64,000 nucleotides of DNA, taken from NCBI RefSeq assembly GCF_009914755.1, contig NC_060928.1; one strand, given 5' to 3'. Every line of letters starts with the position of its first letter. Position 1 is the stretch's first letter. The DNA comes from the human T2T-CHM13v2.0 reference genome, Homo sapiens. The notes below the pieces were generated by a model, which was given only the letters and a program-made list of their open reading frames with translations, was not told the DNA's origin and searched no databases. Below are positions 59,858 through 64,000 of the stretch, in pieces. Made by a program: the position numbers and the translations under genes.

Positions 59858-60948
59858 GTCTAGCCCATTTCCTGGGAGTGGTGGTTCCCTTCTCTGGAAC
59901 TCAGACGTTGAGAAGAGAAGGGTATTTACCACCTCCTCTAGCAGTCTGTTCCAACTTTGGGTGCGTCTTTGGAGACAGAAATCTCTCCTCTCTGTTAAGC
60001 TAAAACCTGCCATCTCTAACTTTTTAGTTCTGCCTCTTAGGACCGTATGGATTGGATAGATTCACTTAAAAACTTTCCCAATTATTGGAACATGATACCC
60101 CGTCCTTCCTGGTCCCTCACGGGATTGTTTTAGAGCCAAGTCAGCAAACTTCTTGTAGTTGCCATGTATTTGCAGGCTACCAATCTCTGATGCATAATCT
60201 TCCTTTCCTTCCCTCCCTCCTCCTTGCCTCCCACCAGCCTTCCCTCCTTTTCTCTTTCTTCTTATTTCTTGTAACTTCTTAAAAATGTAAAAAACCTTTT
60301 TTTGCTCTTATAGGCTGGGTTTTGGTTCAGTAACTTGCCATCCCTGGTTTTAGAGTCTGACATCTGCTAATCTTCAGAGGGCAGTGCAGTGCTTTAGAAC
60401 TGTATATAGAACTTTGGGGAAGGTCTGAGCAGCATAGAATAACGTTGGACTTGTCATTAACTCCTTCATGCGAAGAGCTTACTGCTTTTTTGAAGCTTTG
60501 TCACATTTACAGCGTAATGACAGCCAAGACACTGGTTTGTCTTTTTCATTAGGCCACTTTACCTTCTTTTTTTTTGAGACAGAGTTTCACTCATTGCCCA
60601 TTGTGCAATGGGCGCAGTCTCAGCTCACTGCAACCTCCGCCTCCCAGGTTGAAGCAATTCTCCCGTCTCAGCCTCCCAAGTAACTGGGATTATAGGCTTC
60701 CGCCACCATGCCACTTTACCTTCTAAGATATTTTTAGACTTCAGCGTAGGACGATCTGTGTTAACAGCTGTATTAAACTTGTCTTAGCTGGAACCAACTC
60801 TCTATACCCTGCTGAGGTTTGTGGGTCTTACTCTGTCCTTCAGAGTGTTAATGAAATTTTTCTTAGCTTCCCGTCGTTCAAATGTTTTTTAAACATACCT
60901 GGGTCTTTCATGCAAGTTACTAATACAAATTTGAATGAGATGTAGCTA

Positions 60949-61337
<389 letters not shown>

Positions 61338-61377
61338 TTAAAATTGTTTTGGAGAATTATATGTAAATCTGCATTAT

Positions 61378-61583
61378 ACATGTTTAGTATCCTCAATCTA
61401 AAATCCACAGTGCTCCAAAATCTGAAACTTGAGCACTGACATACATGAAATGCTCAATGGAACATTTTGGATTTCTGGATTAGGGGTACTCAGCTATGAT
61501 ATAAATATTCCAAAATCTAAAAAAATCCAAAATTCCAACTACTTCTGGTCCCATACATTTCAGGTAAGGGATACTCAAATTGT
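61378..61583. mobile_element. Tigger4a/MER46-like element about 175 nt upstream of TMEM165 exon 2
   Basis: TA-flanked TIRs (TAGTATCC.. / ..AGGGATACTCAAATTGTA) with the AAATCCAAAAT and CTGGTCCCA motifs. Confidence 0.7.
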
Positions 61584-61757
61584 AGCAACCATCGTCAGAG
61601 GTTACCGTCGTTACTGATGGCTTTCAGAGTGATTAGACAGTAAATAAGTGTAATGACCATGACAAGAAAATTTTCAAAAAAACTAAATCTTATTTACGTG
61701 CAAAATAAAATAATTTTGAATAATGATTTTAAGAAGTAACTGATTTTTTTTTTCCAG

Positions 61758-61983
61758 AAAATATTTACACCAGCAGCTCCAGTTCATACCAATAAAGAAG
61801 ATCCTGCTACCCAAACTAATTTGGGATTTATCCATGCATTTGTCGCTGCCATATCAGTTATTATTGTATCTGAATTGGGTGATAAGACATTTTTTATAGC
61901 AGCCATCATGGCAATGCGCTATAACCGCCTGACCGTGCTGGCTGGTGCAATGCTTGCCTTGGGACTAATGACATGCTTGTCAG
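61758..61983 (+). CDS. TMEM165: TMEM165 exon 2, 226 nt (UPF0016/GDT1-family Golgi Ca2+/Mn2+ transporter)
   Basis: ttttttccag|AAAATA to TCAG|gtgagt. Translates KIFTPAAPVHTNKEDPATQTNLGFIHAFVAAISVIIVSELGDKTFFIAAIMAMRYNRLTVLAGAMLALGLMTCLS, with the UPF0016 signature ELGDKT. The gene continues beyond the window. Confidence 0.98.
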
Positions 61984-62342
61984 GTGAGTGTGCTTTTCCC
62001 TCTCATGAGTTCGCTGAATTAAAGGGAAAGCGTGTTGTGTGACATGGAGTCACTGAGTCATTAACCTAGTCTTATGGGAATTTGGCTTACACCTTATTTG
62101 TGGTCTTCCAACCTTTTCCTTGTGTATCCTTTCCTTGTGTATCCTCTAAAATAATTTTGTACCCCCTCTCGCATAGTTGTCTGAAATTTTTCATCTTCAA
62201 TTTAAGGAATTGCAAAGATCTAATTTCTGTTATATTGTGTAAAGTAAGACAGTTAGGGCTGGGCACAGTCACTCACGCCTGTAATCCCAGCACTTTGGGA
62301 GGCCGAAGTGGACAGATCACGAGGTCAGGAGTTCCGAGATCA

Positions 62343-62581
<239 letters not shown>

Positions 62582-62779
62582 TTAAAATCTACCCAGTGAC
62601 TCTAAATACCATTAGTAATTTGATACCCACTATCACCATCATTCCTTTAAAACAAATGTGAATATACTTTTTTAACAGTTGGAAATTTACATTTTTTTCT
62701 TCCTATAATTTATATTTTCATTTACTTCCCTTAATTTTACTCTAATGATTATAAATTTTTGCTTCAAAATTTATTACAA

Positions 62780-62879
62780 AGCTGGTCCAAGTGCAATGGT
62801 GTATACAACTAATCGATGACAAACCAGTTACAGATTTCTTTCTTCCTTGTCCACCCCCACTGCTTCACTTTATGAGCCT
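62780..62879 (+). pseudogene. Y RNA (RNY3/hY3-derived) pseudogene in TMEM165 intron 2
   Basis: GCTGGTCCAAGTGCAATGGTGTATACAACTAATCGATGACAAACCAGTTACAGATTTCTTT...CACTGCTTCACTT matches hY3 with about a dozen substitutions. It is followed by an A-rich tract rather than a pol III T-run. Confidence 0.9.
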
Positions 62880-63393
62880 AAAGAAATATATATATGGATC
62901 ACCCCATCATATCTACCTGCAATAAAAATATGCATTTAATATCATTGAATTTTCAAAGATATTGTAAATTTCTCCTAGTAAATCTCTTAAGTGTTAACTC
63001 TATGAATTGAGTTGTTATAGTTATTAGTACTCAAAGAAAATATATTATAAATTTAAATAATCATTTTAAAAAATTGGAAATACATCTCTTAATGAGATGA
63101 TAGGGCTATTTTTTATTTATTTATTTATTTATTTTTTTTTAGAGACTGAGTCTTGCTCTATCACTCAGGCTGGAGTGCAGTGGCATGATCATAGCTCACT
63201 GAGACCTGGAACTCCTGGGCTCAAGTGATCCTTCCACCTCAGCCTCCTGAGTAGCTGGGACCATAGGCTCATGCCACCATGCCCAGCTAAATTTTTTGTT
63301 TTTTGTAGAGACAGGGTCTGGTTGTGTTGCCCAGGCTGATCTTGAACTCCTGGGCTCAAGCTATCTTTCCACCTTAGCCTCCCAGTGTACTGA

Positions 63394-63696
<303 letters not shown>

Positions 63697-64000
63697 TGAT
63701 CGCCCGCCTTGGCCTCCCAAAGTGCTGCGATTACAGGCGTGAGCTACCACGCCTGGCCCCTGGCCCATCATTTTACAATTTTTAAACATTTTATAGAAAT
63801 AATTTTAAGTTTACAAAGCAGCAAAAATAAAATAGTATGAAGAACACTTATATAACTTTTGCCTAGATTCACCTGTTGTTAACATTTTATCCCATTTGTT
63901 TTAGCATTTGTACTCTTATCTAAATAAAATTGTAAATGTGTATATATACACGTTGTTTACATACCTGTCTATAGTGTGTACATATACATACATTATTTAT

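Overview
Primate (almost certainly human, 4q12) genomic DNA, dense in Alu, L2, LTR and DNA-transposon repeats. The + strand carries SRD5A3 coding exons 2-5 and its 3'UTR (exon 1 lies upstream of the window). About 26 kb further on are the CpG-island promoter and exons 1-2 of TMEM165. Both are congenital-disorder-of-glycosylation genes. SRD5A3 intron 1 holds a disabled FCF1 processed pseudogene (- strand, bracketed by a 12-bp TSD) and a solo LTR12. Also present: solo LTRs (LTR3/HML-6, MER57, MER83/84-like, MLT1/MLT2), hAT and Tigger fossils and a Y3 RNA pseudogene. There is no prokaryote-type system, and almost all track ORFs are Alu artefacts. The two best leads are transposon-derived splicing features. 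(i) The sense-oriented LTR12 has its poly(A) signal converted into an ACG|GTAAGT donor, giving a candidate alternative first exon. (ii) An antisense Alu in the SRD5A3 3'UTR has a new CAG|GTAATT donor and a 2-nt insertion, giving a 144-nt, frame-preserving, stop-free candidate exon, followed by candidate read-through exons. Repeat subfamily names come from my recall of consensus sequences, and repeat boundaries are approximate unless a TSD is cited.
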